A DNA stretch of 59,864 bases, counting the filler, from Diploschistes diacapsis (lineage: Eukaryota): NCBI GenBank assembly GCA_023645945.1. It is 4 parts of 4 records of this genome, joined end to end, with 100 filler letters (N's around TTAATTAATTAA, not from the genome) between each part and the next. Parts side by side here need not be neighbours in the genome. Positions count along the whole stretch, not along the records: positions 1 to 14,930 come from JALAIB010000578.1; positions 15,031 to 29,953 come from JALAIB010000579.1; 2 more parts are not named here. One strand, given 5' to 3'. The position numbers and the translations under genes are program-made. The notes beneath the pieces were generated by a model. That model saw only the letters and a program-made list of their open reading frames with translations. It had not been told where the DNA came from and did no database searches. Within the stretch, counting starts at the first letter, position 1, and every line of letters starts with the position of its first letter. Positions 11,053-23,300 of this stretch are shown piece by piece.

Positions 11053-14000
11053 TTAATTATGTGCATTTTGTGCTCGCTCTTCTCCCTCATACACTTCATT
11101 GTCCTCTTCCTCGGACTCGACCATGCTTCCACTTTCATCTAGTGCATCGTCACCACTACCACCACCTTCGTCGTCGTCTTCTTCGTCACTACTCGATTCC
11201 TCAGGGTGCTTCCTTTGAAAGTCGTGTGCATGCGCCATGGTGAGGGCAGTACCTATCCGCCTTGGAGTGCCCAACGGCCTCATGCTCTGTCCAGTCGGTG
11301 CCGCTTCGATAGCCGCATCCGGCCCACTTCGCTCCTCTTCTGCCCCGTCGGTCCGAACCCCTGCCAAAACCGGCACGTCGTAAGGTAGAGGAATGTCTCT
11401 GCTGGCGCGAAACATGCCCACGTTTGTCATGTGCTCGTTCTCGACACGGAAAAGGGCCCAGAAGGCGCGGCGGCAGATTTCGGACAAGCCGATGAAGAAA
11501 GAGACCAGAGCCGAATGTTGCAGCTCGCCCGACAGAAGGACATAGAAGATCCAGTTGAAACGGATCAGGGGGTCGATGATCATAGCGATATAGTACACAG
11601 GCGGCCAACTGAAGCCAAGGGGCTCGCGTAGGAACGGCCATTCGGCGTTAGCGTTGCCCAAACTCCAATCAATGAGGAGGTCCCAGAGTGAAACATAGAT
11701 AGAGTTGATGGTCGCAAAGAGAATGAAGCAGGCTTTTATCACGACGGTTTCGTGGGATTCCACTTGTTGGTCGGAATCATTGTTTCCGTCCATGGCATGC
11801 TGGATGCGGTAAAGACTGAGGGACATGTAGAAGAGAACGCCGCAAAGGTATTTCCCGAAATTCGCGACGTGAGGGAACACCATGCTTGTATCGCGGTAAC
11901 GCCGCAGACATTGCAGAGCTCGCCAGATGCCAGGCAAACAGGTGAAGAACCCAAACAATCTAGAGCCAGAGGAGCCGCACATGGACGGGTTGTTGAAAGC
12001 TGTACCATACAAGCAAAAGAAGAGCTCAATGTTCTATTGCTTGTGAGTGACCAAGCAAACTCCGAAAATAGGACTTACCCCCATGGTGTAGGTCAATGAA
12101 CAGTACATGTCTCCCAGAAGGAAATCTCGAAATTCGACAGAATAAAGGCCAGCAGCGTAGAGCCGCCCCTGTTACCCATTAGTACCGGTGGACAGGAGCT
12201 TTGCTGTAAAGTGCATGCTCACGTTCGAAGTGGCCCACCATAGCCGGCTTCGGTGGTACAGAAATCTTAGGGGCATGAAGATGATGAGGCAACTTAGCCC
12301 GATCAAAACGACAGGCCAGTACAGAAACATGTAGTCAGATCCATACTCTCTGAAGTTGAGCCACATGATGAGACCGAGAAGAAACCAAAGGAGCGAGGGT
12401 ATCTACAAGGTTTGCACGTAAGCAGAAGCCTCTAATCATGATCGACAACGCGGCCTACCTCTGCAAGCTGGCGCCAATCAAGGCTGTGCCGGGTATCGAA
12501 TTCGAAAATGAAAACATAATTAATCTTTTGCTTCAACCACACTTTGCAATCGAGGCAGAACAAGAAGAAGAGGAACAGGGCTAGAAAATAGCCGCCATAA
12601 ATCTGCCGCGATCAGTAAGATTCACCGGTTTGTACGTTTAGTATGTCTCACCTGCAACAGGTAGGATGACTGGTTGATAATCGTCGGCTCCGCTACCTCC
12701 ATTATATCGGACGCGAACATCAGCGCCCGGACGGCAAAAACGGTACCAGCTCCCAACAATAGCCCAACATTGAACGTACTAAGACTATGGTCGCTCTGGT
12801 GTTTGACTCTGAGTTTCCTCACCGCAATCTTGTGACTGCCTTTTGTAAAATATCGAGCGTACAAGTACTCCACATCTTTCATGTGCCCCTCGAGGACGTT
12901 ACTTTGAACGAACCAAGCCTGGTCAACTTTCTCGGACATGAATTTCCTCGGTTGTCGCGTATCGATGGCCTTGTCGTACTTTTTGTTGATCTTTCGGAAT
13001 GCTGTACGGTTTAAGGTTGCGTATGACTTGAGCATATCCAAATTTTTGTAGAAATCCTGAAGGGCATGCTTTAGTCTCGACTTGGCCTCTTTGAAGGGTA
13101 CCTCGTAGATTATTTGAGTATTCTCGTTGTTGTCATGCTGTTGCTGATGGTACCTTTGTTTGTCGGTCTTCCCTCCGGCGAAGAGCCGCGTCTGGTCGAT
13201 TTGTAAGCTTTGTGTGATTCTCGTGGCCCATCCACGAGAACTATCAGGAGCTGCGCCATTCTCGGCAAGGCCGTTGGGACCGGGGCGAAATGCATTATAA
13301 AGATTGAGCCGGCGCCGTCTCTCATCTGCCTCTTCAGCTTGCCGGATTTTCATCAGCTTCAACTGTTCTTTCAATGTCTCCAGCCTTTGGGTGGATTCTT
13401 CTTCCTTCTTTTTGTAGAAACCCTCAATCTTGTCCAATTCTTGATTCATAAATTGAAAGAAGTCATCCTGACAATTATCGAATTCATGGTACGCCTCGAG
13501 CGAAATTCCGTACCTTGGTGGTCCACGATAGCTATACGTGGACAGAACTCTCTTGAGGAAGGCTGGCTTTCTAGAAGGAATGAAAGGTGATGTAAGCGAG
13601 CGTAGAGGAGGAGCTGCTATATCAGACCGGTAAGTGCCATGGCCAGTAAGTGTAGTGCCCGTGTCAAGGTTCTCGGCCTCAATGTCATGACTTGGTCTGG
13701 CCTCTGTACTTATTTCGAAGCCATCTTCGTCTCTATGCGAGCCCAGGGCTGGCTCTGGTAATTTCAAAGATGGTGGGCCACCTGACACGGACTTGGACCT
13801 CGATTTCCATATGGAGCTTCCTGTCTTTCGAGTTCCGGGAGACTCGAACTGTGAATCTCTTGCATTGGGGAATTCCAAAGTCGGGTCGCTTGGATTTCTA
13901 TCCCCAAGAAATCGCTCTTTGATGGTCTCCAAGGCCTCGGCACCGATCGTCTGCAGCTTAGCCACAGGGCCTGAGCGAGGTGTTGAACCTATGCTCCCAT

Positions 14001-14541
14001 AGGATACGCTGCCTTGATCAGCACCACTTGGACTTTTCAATGGCTGCGTCTCGGTTGATGCAGTCGCGTCCTCTTTGAGCTTGAACTTCCCAGAAGCCGC
14101 CTGCAGAGCACTCAAGGCTTCTGAACCTTGTCCTCCAATTCCGGAAATAGCACTCGAGCGCTCAGTCCTAGCTCGGGCTGCATGCCTTTGCTCAGTATCA
14201 TCTTGAGCACGCTTGGGAAAGGTACGTGAGGAGGCCAGAAGCGGTTCTGGAATGCTAGGGCGCCGTACGCGATGGAGGGACGGCGTTCGAAAGCTTCGTG
14301 GAGTCTTGTTTGCTTTCTCAATCGCCTTCGCACAAGCTTTGATTTTTGCCTTCCCAACCTTTTGGTCGCGATGTTAACGATGACTGCTCGCAGGCAATTG
14401 CACACAAACGTACCTTGTAGTCAAGATATTTAGCTCGCCATTCCGGTACTGATTCTTGATCAAGCTCTCTGCATTGCAATCAGCTGGATTGCCATCCAAC
14501 ACAAACAGCATCAACATCCCCACTCACTTTTCGAATCTCAT
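11053..14541 (-). CDS. SYG1: SPX-EXS domain protein (Syg1/XPR1 family), multi-exon
   Basis: Spliced N-terminus MRFEKELDQESVPEWRAKYLDYK. SPX motifs ELDKIEGFY and LNRTAFRKINKKYDK. EXS motifs VEFRDFLLGD, WRALQCLRRY and FRVENEH. Confidence 0.93.
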
Positions 14542-14930
14542 GCTGCCAAAATAGGGCCAGCTCAGAGCGATAAAGGTGGAAAATTGTGGGAGGAGGTCAA
14601 GCAGAAAGTCATGTCTGAGGTCCTGGAGACTTTCTCCGAGTAAATTGTCTTCTGTGCATCGTCCTCTAAATAGTAACTACTTCAAAAAGTAAGTGAACAA
14701 TTTTCGGCCATGGGACCTAGTCGCTATGCCATGACGTTACCAAGACAAAAAAGGAAAAAAGGAAAAAAGGAAAAAGTTCCTGCCAAGAGCGGGGGGCAGT
14801 TATTCTGACCGAAATAAACGCTATTACATAAGTAAATTATCGGAGTTGACACTTCCGATCTTTCTGAATTTTCTATGTCTTCCCACTACATCTCAATATA
14901 CGTGCACGGTTTATTTGAAGCAAAGAATAT

Positions 14931-15030
14931 NNNNNNNNNNNNNNNNNNNNNNNNNNNNNNNNNNNNNNNNNNNNTTAATTAATTAANNNNNNNNNNNNNN
15001 NNNNNNNNNNNNNNNNNNNNNNNNNNNNNN
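14931..15030. other. Artificial contig linker N44-TTAATTAATTAA-N44
   Basis: Exactly 100 nt; the core gives stop codons in all six frames. Confidence 0.98.
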
Positions 15031-15853
15031 GGAAAGGCTCGCGGAGGAGGATAAGGGTGTCGGGGCGCTGGAACTGGTGCTTGTGAGGAGGGAGTTGTGG
15101 GGTGAGGTTCTGCGCTCTCGGGCCACGCTGTCTTCCAAGCGGGAGGCGAGTGAGGGACGAACGCAAGCTTAGGGTGTGTGGATGCGATTGAGCAACAGAG
15201 CGGTGTGACGATTAGAAGAGACTGGGGCGTTGGTCGCCATCGGTTGAGCTACACGTATACGCTCTCAACTTCTTAACAGAAAAATTTTTCAAAAGGGGGA
15301 ATTATCTTGAAGGCTTGGGTTGAGCTGTTCGTCATGGCTATTTTTCTCACGGAGAGGATTTGCTTGGGGGAATTTGGATGGCTTGGGTGTGGCTTAAGCG
15401 AAGTTTGGCCGAGGTGGCCATCACCCTTCCTCGTCCCCGGAGTGGCATGTCTCAGAGGCGATGGGATACGGTTGCTTTTGCCTCGTGGAGCACTTTCATG
15501 GATCCATATCGCCAGGGACAGAGCAAGTGCCGAGATTTCCAGACATCGGCGATTTTGTTCTTTCGCTGGTATATAGTCTGGTACATGTAATCGTACGTGG
15601 ATACTTTCTCTCCCATTAAACATAATCATGCCAGGAGAATGTCATAGAATGATCCAGCGCAGCCAGCAGGTGGTAAGAGATATGGTTTCATCATCAATAT
15701 ACTCATTTTCCTTTCTGTACAGTCTATGGCAGACGACCCAAAACGAATGAAATGATCTGCTCGCACGACCCCCCCGATCCCAAAAGTTCCAATCCAAATC
15801 ATGCTTCTGCAGGCAACAAGCACGGAAGAAAGTTTTGATGTGGCTCGCTAAAG

Positions 15854-17515
15854 TTACAACAGAATCATGCCAGCACCGACCATTGCGGCAACGGTGGCAT
15901 ACATGCCCATGACCAAGATACCAAAGTCGAAGGCAGGAATGGTAAGGCCGGTAGCAGCGCCCGAAGAAGAGGAGCCAGACCCAATGGAGCCGGTACCGGT
16001 CGGGACGGAGGTCACGACACCGGTACCGGCCGCACCGGCCTGGCCGAGCAGGCCAGAGCACTGGCTGTTAACGTTCGGCGAGGTGGTGGTGGCGTTGCCT
16101 CCAAAAGAGCAGGCCTGGGAGTTGCTGTTCTGGCCTTTGTAGTACGAGTTCATTGCGAAAGAGAGCTGTTCCTGAGGCGTGCACATGGAGTAGGCACCGT
16201 ACACGCCGGTAGTACCGTTGGCAGTGATGCCGTCGCAGTAGTTACCCTTTTGGCCGCAAATGAACCCAAAGAGATCGCCGGTGTTGTTATCGCTGATGTC
16301 GCTGTTGGCCACGCAGTTCAAGCTAGAGACCATGCAGCTGCACAGCTGCTCGTTAGGGGTAGGAGGAAGGTTGGAAGAAGCAGCCCAGGTGGCTCCGGCG
16401 GCCGGACAATTCTGAGCGGCTGTGTTGGTAGGGGTGTAAGATGCACTGTTGACACCGGTGGGGGTGGCGCTGGCGATCTGCTTGGAGAACTGAGTGTAAT
16501 CGGCCAGCTTGCTAACAGAGCTTCCATCAACAGAGACGAGACCTTTGAGGAATTTAGCATATCGTCCTATTCTCAGGAATCTAAGCTACTTACCAAAGTC
16601 GTTGGTGGCTTCGAAGTACTCGTAGACAATGGCACCAGACCAGACTCCGGTCATGTTGCTGCTGTAGATGACAGGAGTATCATCGAATTGACGTGGTGCA
16701 GGCTGGTTGCAGCCATATTCAGCGAAGAATGCAGGGACATTATAGGTAGAGAACTCCTTGGTACGGTCCGCATATCCGGAGGTCTGGAAGTTGGAGTTGC
16801 TACCACACCAGGAGTAGATGTTGTAGCCAAAGAAGTCCACAGAGTCTGACGCGGGACCACAGTTGATGTATGACCTGACCTGGTCACGAATGGTAGCATC
16901 GTCGTCGGCGGCATAGCCGACGCCCATGGCTCTGTAGTTCTTCTGCTTGATGTATGACTTCATGTCCCGAACCGCGGCCTTGACGAATGGCATGGCGTTT
17001 GCGTTTGTTGCATTGTTGACGACTTCGTTACCGGCAAAGAAGCCGATCATGTTGTTGTATTTTGACATGATGTCAACCACGCCGGTGAAGCGCGCGTACA
17101 GAGTATCATCCCAGGTCGGGCTGTTACGATTGATTGAGGCGTTGGGCGACCCAAGATCAGCGATAACATAGATGCCAGCGTTCTGTAGTGCGGTCATGCA
17201 ATCGTCGTGGCTCTTGGTTGTGTCGATGGCATAGACTCGGATGGTGTTTGTCCCAAGGGCGGACAGGAGAGGGATGTCTCTCTGACATCCGGCCGAGTCG
17301 GTCAAAGGGTCGACGAAGTTCGTGTTTGTGCTGGATGTCCCATTGCCGCCTACATCTTGCTGATAGGCAACACCTTTGATGAAGAACTCTGTTCCATTAG
17401 TCTTGTAGAAGAACTTAGATCCCTTAATGACGATCGGGTCGACATCGGCCTCGACCGTGGAGGCCAGCAAGGAAATGGCAGCTACGGCTACTGAAGCAAG
17501 CTTGACAGCAACCAT
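15854..17515 (-). CDS. GAS1: GH72+ beta-1,3-glucanosyltransferase (Gas/Gel family) with X8/CBM43 domain and GPI signal (2 exons)
   Basis: Signal peptide; FFIKGVAYQ, NTIRVY, GFFAGNEV (acid/base Glu), FGYNIYSWCG, FFAEYGCN (nucleophile Glu); Cys-rich X8 region; Ser-rich stretch plus hydrophobic tail. Intron at 16543-16593. The symbol is family-level only. Confidence 0.95.
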
Positions 17516-17985
17516 TTTGAATGATCTGGTAAAGAGAGTAATGGCTCTAGTCCGCAAAGCTTATGGCGTTCGGCGAGATGCAAGCAAGTTTGTCCTCTGA
17601 CGGGTTTATAATGAGTGTCGAAAAAGGGCGGAACAAAAGGCGGCGGCAACTGCGAAGTTAGAAAAACCGTGCAGCAGGCAGGCAGGCAGGCAGGCAGGAC
17701 GGGGATCAAGCCAGAACAAACGAAGGTCAAGGCGAGGTAAAGAGACAACGACTCTTCAAAATTGCCGAAGTTGATTAAAAGTGATAATTGAGGTTAGAGA
17801 AGAGAGAAAGTCAATGCCAAGGTTGAGAAATTCGGTTTTAGAGAAAGCAAGGGGACAAAGGGAACACAGGGAGGGGTGGCCAACAGCATAAGCGAACGGT
17901 GGGTGTTTTACGCGCGTACGTTGTTGTAACTTGCATCGTTACAACGTCCATACGATTCGGTTTTTAGCTTAGAGTGGTGGGTGAG

Positions 17986-18112
17986 CTTCACTCTGCTGTC
18001 GTCCAACTGTTAGCTCGCCCAGCTTCCTTCTTGTGGGGATACGGGAAAAAGGCGAGGAATGCGTTAAATAAAGTGGGGCGATCTAACAGTTGGACGACGA
18101 CAGAGGCTGAAG
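17986..18112. mobile_element. Palindromic MITE-like element (imperfect inverted arms of about 35 bp), copy A
   Basis: Left arm CTTCACTCTGCTGTCGTCCAACTGTTAGCTCGCCC pairs with right arm GGGCGATCTAACAGTTGGACGACGACAGAGGCTGAAG. A related copy lies at 33230-33311. Confidence 0.55.
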
Positions 18113-19019
18113 TCAAGGTTCATCTGCTCCTCTGTACATATTATATAATATGCTCATAAATGTTCGTGCAGCACGTGATCGGTACATAAAGCTCCTTCCT
18201 ATGCTAACCAGTGAGGTGCACATATGTCACGGAAACTGTTTTACTGCGTGTTTCAATAATGCTCAATTATAGTAGCATAGGCTCCACGAGCCCAGGGGTC
18301 AGTAAGGTAAGCAGCAATGCCATGTGCTGAAGACAGAAATTGCCCTCATAACTGCATGTCTACCTTGAGGCGGCTGACTTGCATGGACAGCTCGACGCTT
18401 TCATATATTCATACACTTTGTAGGCATCATGGATCCAGGGCCCAGGACTCCGGAGACGGTAAAACGGAAATACAACGTACTTTTTGTGAGGCGATTTGTT
18501 CATTTGAAAACGGTCGACTTGGTTCCTTTTTGTACACGTTGACAAAACTACGGAGATAAAGAGCACATGTTAGGCCAAAAGAATAAGAATTGGCTGCGCC
18601 GAGCCACTACCGGGTGTCGTCACCCCGGGGGCTGCGGGCGCATTCTAATATGGACCCTTTCACTTGGGTGTACAGAGTAAAAGCTAAAACTGGGGAGGCG
18701 GGTGCACAGCCTCGAGGGCATCGTCATTCCGTGGCTGATCTATCTCTTCCCTCCATCATCATGACCACTCGAATGTGAATACTGAATACGAGCAGAAGGG
18801 TCTTTGACTGCATGAAGCAGAATTTTGACAGCATGCGAGTCGATCTCCGCAGCGTCTATCGCGTCGATCTCTCGTAATGGCCAGCTTGGAGGATATGTAG
18901 AGGGCAAAAAAGATTGGCAAGCATTGATTGGCCGTAGAGATACGGCAAATAGACCTTCACCCCTGCTGCCCCGGAAATTGCGAATGACATCTTCCGTGTT
19001 TGAGCATGCAGCGTCGTCC

Positions 19020-19078
19020 ATGCTATGCTATGCTATGCTATGCTATGCTATGCTATGCTATGCTATGCTATGCTATGC
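19020..19078. repeat. (ATGCT)11 microsatellite
   Basis: Perfect pentanucleotide tandem array in the GAS-FKS1 intergenic region. Confidence 0.97.
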
Positions 19079-20389
19079 AATATTATGATCAAACCTTTGT
19101 TTTTAGACCGCATTGACTATACTGGATGTATTGATAGACGGACCGCGACAGTGTTCTATAATATTAACCATGATATGCATACTTATATAGTGAGAGAACG
19201 GCGGCGAGCAGATGTGTGCGGATACTTACCGCTACTCCGGTATACTTGGTACGAAGGGTCTTGCTGCCATGTTTTTTTAAAGACCATGCAAAAGGACTGG
19301 TCTTGAAGGACGGACTGGTGCCTTGTAAGTCTGCTTCATACTGAAAAAAACCAATCACACCTATAACGGATGATATTCCAAGATTGTGTCTGCAAAGCAC
19401 AGACATTCACTTGCATTTAGCTTCATGTAGATCTGCGAGCATTTCCCCTTAAATTCTCGGTCCCGCCGGGCATGTAGTGTTATGTCGAAGCGTGCCAGTT
19501 TTTCGCGTCTCGACTCTCTTCGTGTTCGAGTTACTGGGATTTACTGGGATTTACTAGTAGTTAACACTAAGTATTGGTCCAAGTCTTCGTACAAGTCTTT
19601 CGCCTGCAAATCATTTACGCTGTACGTTGTAGTGATTTTCTTGCCCCTATCCTTCTCCTTATTCTCTACCCATTCAGCACCCCCCCCCCTTTGATAGTAA
19701 GCCCAATCTCTTCTCCTACTCTTCCTGCACACAATTCCATCTTTCTTTCACCTTCTTCTCCCTCACCTGCACCTCATTTATCCGTCATTATTGTGTTGAA
19801 AAAGACACATTCTATACCTCGTGGTCTCCATTGATTACCGTTAACTATTGACCATAGTCACTCGTTCTATCTACCGCAGAGAAAAAAACCACGGGCGCAT
19901 AAACTCTGCAAAAGTGTTGGGTGGTAGACGCTCGGCCAAGTTTTGGTTGTTCGTGGCAACCGCCGCCGTTCCCGCAAAACCTTCACTCGTTTCAGAAAGT
20001 AACATCCAGTTTTCTACTGCTACTGCCATTGCATCTTCGACTCCATTCCATCTACATTGGTCTCAAGCAAACAGATGACTTGAGTTTGAAGTCTCTTGGC
20101 ACGAAGTACAGCTGAAAAATAGAATTCGCTCTGCACAGAAACCTGACAATCATTCACTACAACCTCCGTATCTACTACAGCACTCTTCAGATCTGCAGAC
20201 ATCTTAGGTCAATGTATTCATCATAAGGTGAGCCAAGCATCCCAATGGTACTATCAATATTTGGAGGTGCTGGACGGACTGTCCAACACATGAATGCATT
20301 CACACAAACTCTGGTGGTAGTTGAGGATACATAGGCTAACAAACTACGAAAAGCAGCTATTCTAATCTTAATACCATCACGTCGCAATC

Positions 20390-23300
20390 ATGTCGGCATA
20401 TCCGCAAGGAGGCCACTACGATGATGGTTACGGCCATCAAGGCAATACCGACTCGTACTATCAAGACGATCAGAGTCAAGGTTACTACGATCAGAATGAC
20501 GGGTACCATGATCAACATCATGAGCAGCAGCAGCAGCAGCAGCCGCCGCAGCCGCAGCATGATGGTGAGGGGTACTACGATGAATCGTAAGTGGATGATG
20601 GCTTCGGAACGTGTGAAGGAATCCCTTGCTTAACAGTTGCTAGTGGCTACTATAATGCCGGTGCTCATCAGGACGGCGCCTATTACGACAACCAACAGCA
20701 AGGCTACCACGACGAATACTACAATGACCAATACTATGATCAAGGTGCTGCTGGCCAGCAAGATTATGGCCGTCGAAGGGGCGATGACGATTCGGAGACT
20801 TTCAGCGACTTTACCATGAAATCGGATATGGCGCGAGCCGCGGGGATGGATTACTACAGTCGTGGTGATGAACGGTACAACAGCTACAATGGCCAGGGTT
20901 ATCGACCACCCTCTTCCCAGATTTCTTATGGTGGCAACCGTTCGTCTGGTGCTTCGACGCCCGTTTATGGCATGGACTATTCAAGCGCCTTGCCAGCCGG
21001 ACAACGATCAAGAGAGCCATACCCGGCATGGACTTCAGATGCCCAGATCCCTCTCTCCAAGGAAGAGGTTGAGGACATCTTCCTTGACTTGACCGCCAAG
21101 TTTGGTTTCCAGCGTGACAGCATGAGGAATATGTTTGATCACCTCATGACTCTGCTCGATTCTCGTGCATCTCGCATGACCCCCAATCAAGCCTTGTTGT
21201 CTCTGCATGCCGATTATGTGGGCGGCGAGAACGCCAATTACCGGCGATGGTATTTCGCAGCTCATTTGGATCTCGATGATGCTGTAGGCTTTGCCAATAT
21301 GAAGCTTGGAAAGGCCGACAGACGCACCCGTAAGGCTCGCAAAGCTGCCAAGAAGGCTCAGACTCAGGGAGACGAAGCACAGACATTGGAGGGTATGGAA
21401 GGCGACAACAGCCTCGAGGCTGCCGAATATCGTTGGAAATCTCGCATGAACAAGATGTCGCAGCACGACCGTGTCAGGCAGGTTGCTCTCTACCTGCTGT
21501 GCTGGGGCGAGGCCAACCAGGTTCGATTTATGCCCGAGTGTCTCGCCTTTATCTACAAGTGTGCTCTTGACTACATGACGTCGCCCGAGTGTCAAAACCG
21601 AGCCGAACCCGTTGAAGAATGCCATTTCCTTAATACCGTCATCACTCCCATCTATCAATACTTCCGGGATCAGGGTTTCGAGATTTACGATGGAAAGTAC
21701 GTTCGCCGCGAAAAGGATCACAGCCACGTGATTGGCTATGACGATATCAATCAGCTTTTCTGGTACCCCGAAGGTATTGAACGCATAGTCCTCGAAGACA
21801 AATCACGACTTGTGGACATTCCGGCCTCGCAGAGGTACCTCAAGCTCAAGGACGTTGCTTGGAAAAAGGTCTTCTTCAAGACCTACCGCGAGACACGATC
21901 GTGGGGTCACTTGCTTGTCAATTTCAACCGTATCTGGGTGATTCACATAACGATGTTCTGGTTTTATGTTTCCTTCAACACTGCCCCGATTTATACACAG
22001 GATTATCAGCAAACGCTCGACAATCAGCCACCGACTGCCTACGTTTGGTCCGCCGTTGGTTTCGGTGGTACCATCGCTTCGCTGATCATGATACTCGCGA
22101 CCTGCGCCGAATGGCTCTACGTTCCACGAAGATGGGCTGGCGCTCAGCACCTTACGAAGCGTTTGCTCTTCCTCCTCGTGATCTTTGCCATCAACCTTGG
22201 GCCTGGTGTGTATGTTTTTGGAATTTCCAAGAAGCCCGGAACCGACAACATCGCCCTGGCACTAGGTATCGTCCAATTTTTTGTTGCTGTGGCCAGTTTG
22301 ATCTTCTTCGCTCTTATGCCGCTTGGCGGACTATTCGGCAGCTACTTGGCCAAGAACTCGAGGCGCTACGTTGCCAGTCAAACATTCACCGCAAGCTGGC
22401 CTCGTCTCAAGGGAAACGACAGATGGATGTCTTGGGGACTCTGGCTTTTGGTTTGGGGTTTCAAGCTGGCCGAGTCCTACGCCTTCCTGATCCTCTCTCT
22501 GAAAGATCCGCTCCGAATTCTCACCTACAGCGAGATCCGAAACTGTCAAGGTGACTATTTCATCGGATCAATCCTTTGTTACCACCAGCCCACGATCCTA
22601 ATGATCTTGATGATCATCACGGATCTGTCATTCTTCTTCCTCGATACGTACCTGTGGTACATTGTTTGGAACGTCGTCTTCTCCGTGTCGCGATCCTTCT
22701 ACCTCGGTGTCTCAATCTGGACGCCGTGGAGAAACATCTTTTCGAGACTTCCCAAGCGCATCTACTCCAAGGTCCTGGCCACGACGGACATGGAAATTAA
22801 ATACAAGCCAAAGGTTCTGATTTCGCAAATTTGGAATGCCGTTGTCATTTCAATGTATCGAGAACATCTTCTTGCGATCGATCATGTTCAGAAACTTCTC
22901 TACCACCAGGTTCCTTCTGAGCAGGAAGGCAAGAGGACTCTGCGTGCGCCTACTTTCTTCGTCTCGCAGGAAGACCACTCGTTCAAAACCGAATTCTTCC
23001 CACCCCAGAGCGAAGCAGAACGTCGTATTTCCTTCTTCGCACAATCTCTTTCCACGCCCATTCCTGAGCCTCTTCCCGTGGACAACATGCCGACCTTCTC
23101 TGTGTTGATCCCGCATTATGGTGAGAAGATCTTGCTCTCGCTTCGTGAAATCATCCGTGAGGACGAACCCTACTCCCGTGTCACTCTTCTCGAGTATCTC
23201 AAGCAGCTGCATCCTCATGAGTGGGATTGTTTCGTCAAGGATACCAAAATCCTTGCCGACGAGACGTCGCAATTTAACGGTGACTATGAAAAGAACGAAA

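Noticed and set aside
19020..19078. CRISPR-like array or MLCYA-repeat peptide
   Set aside because: A simple 5-nt microsatellite with no spacers.
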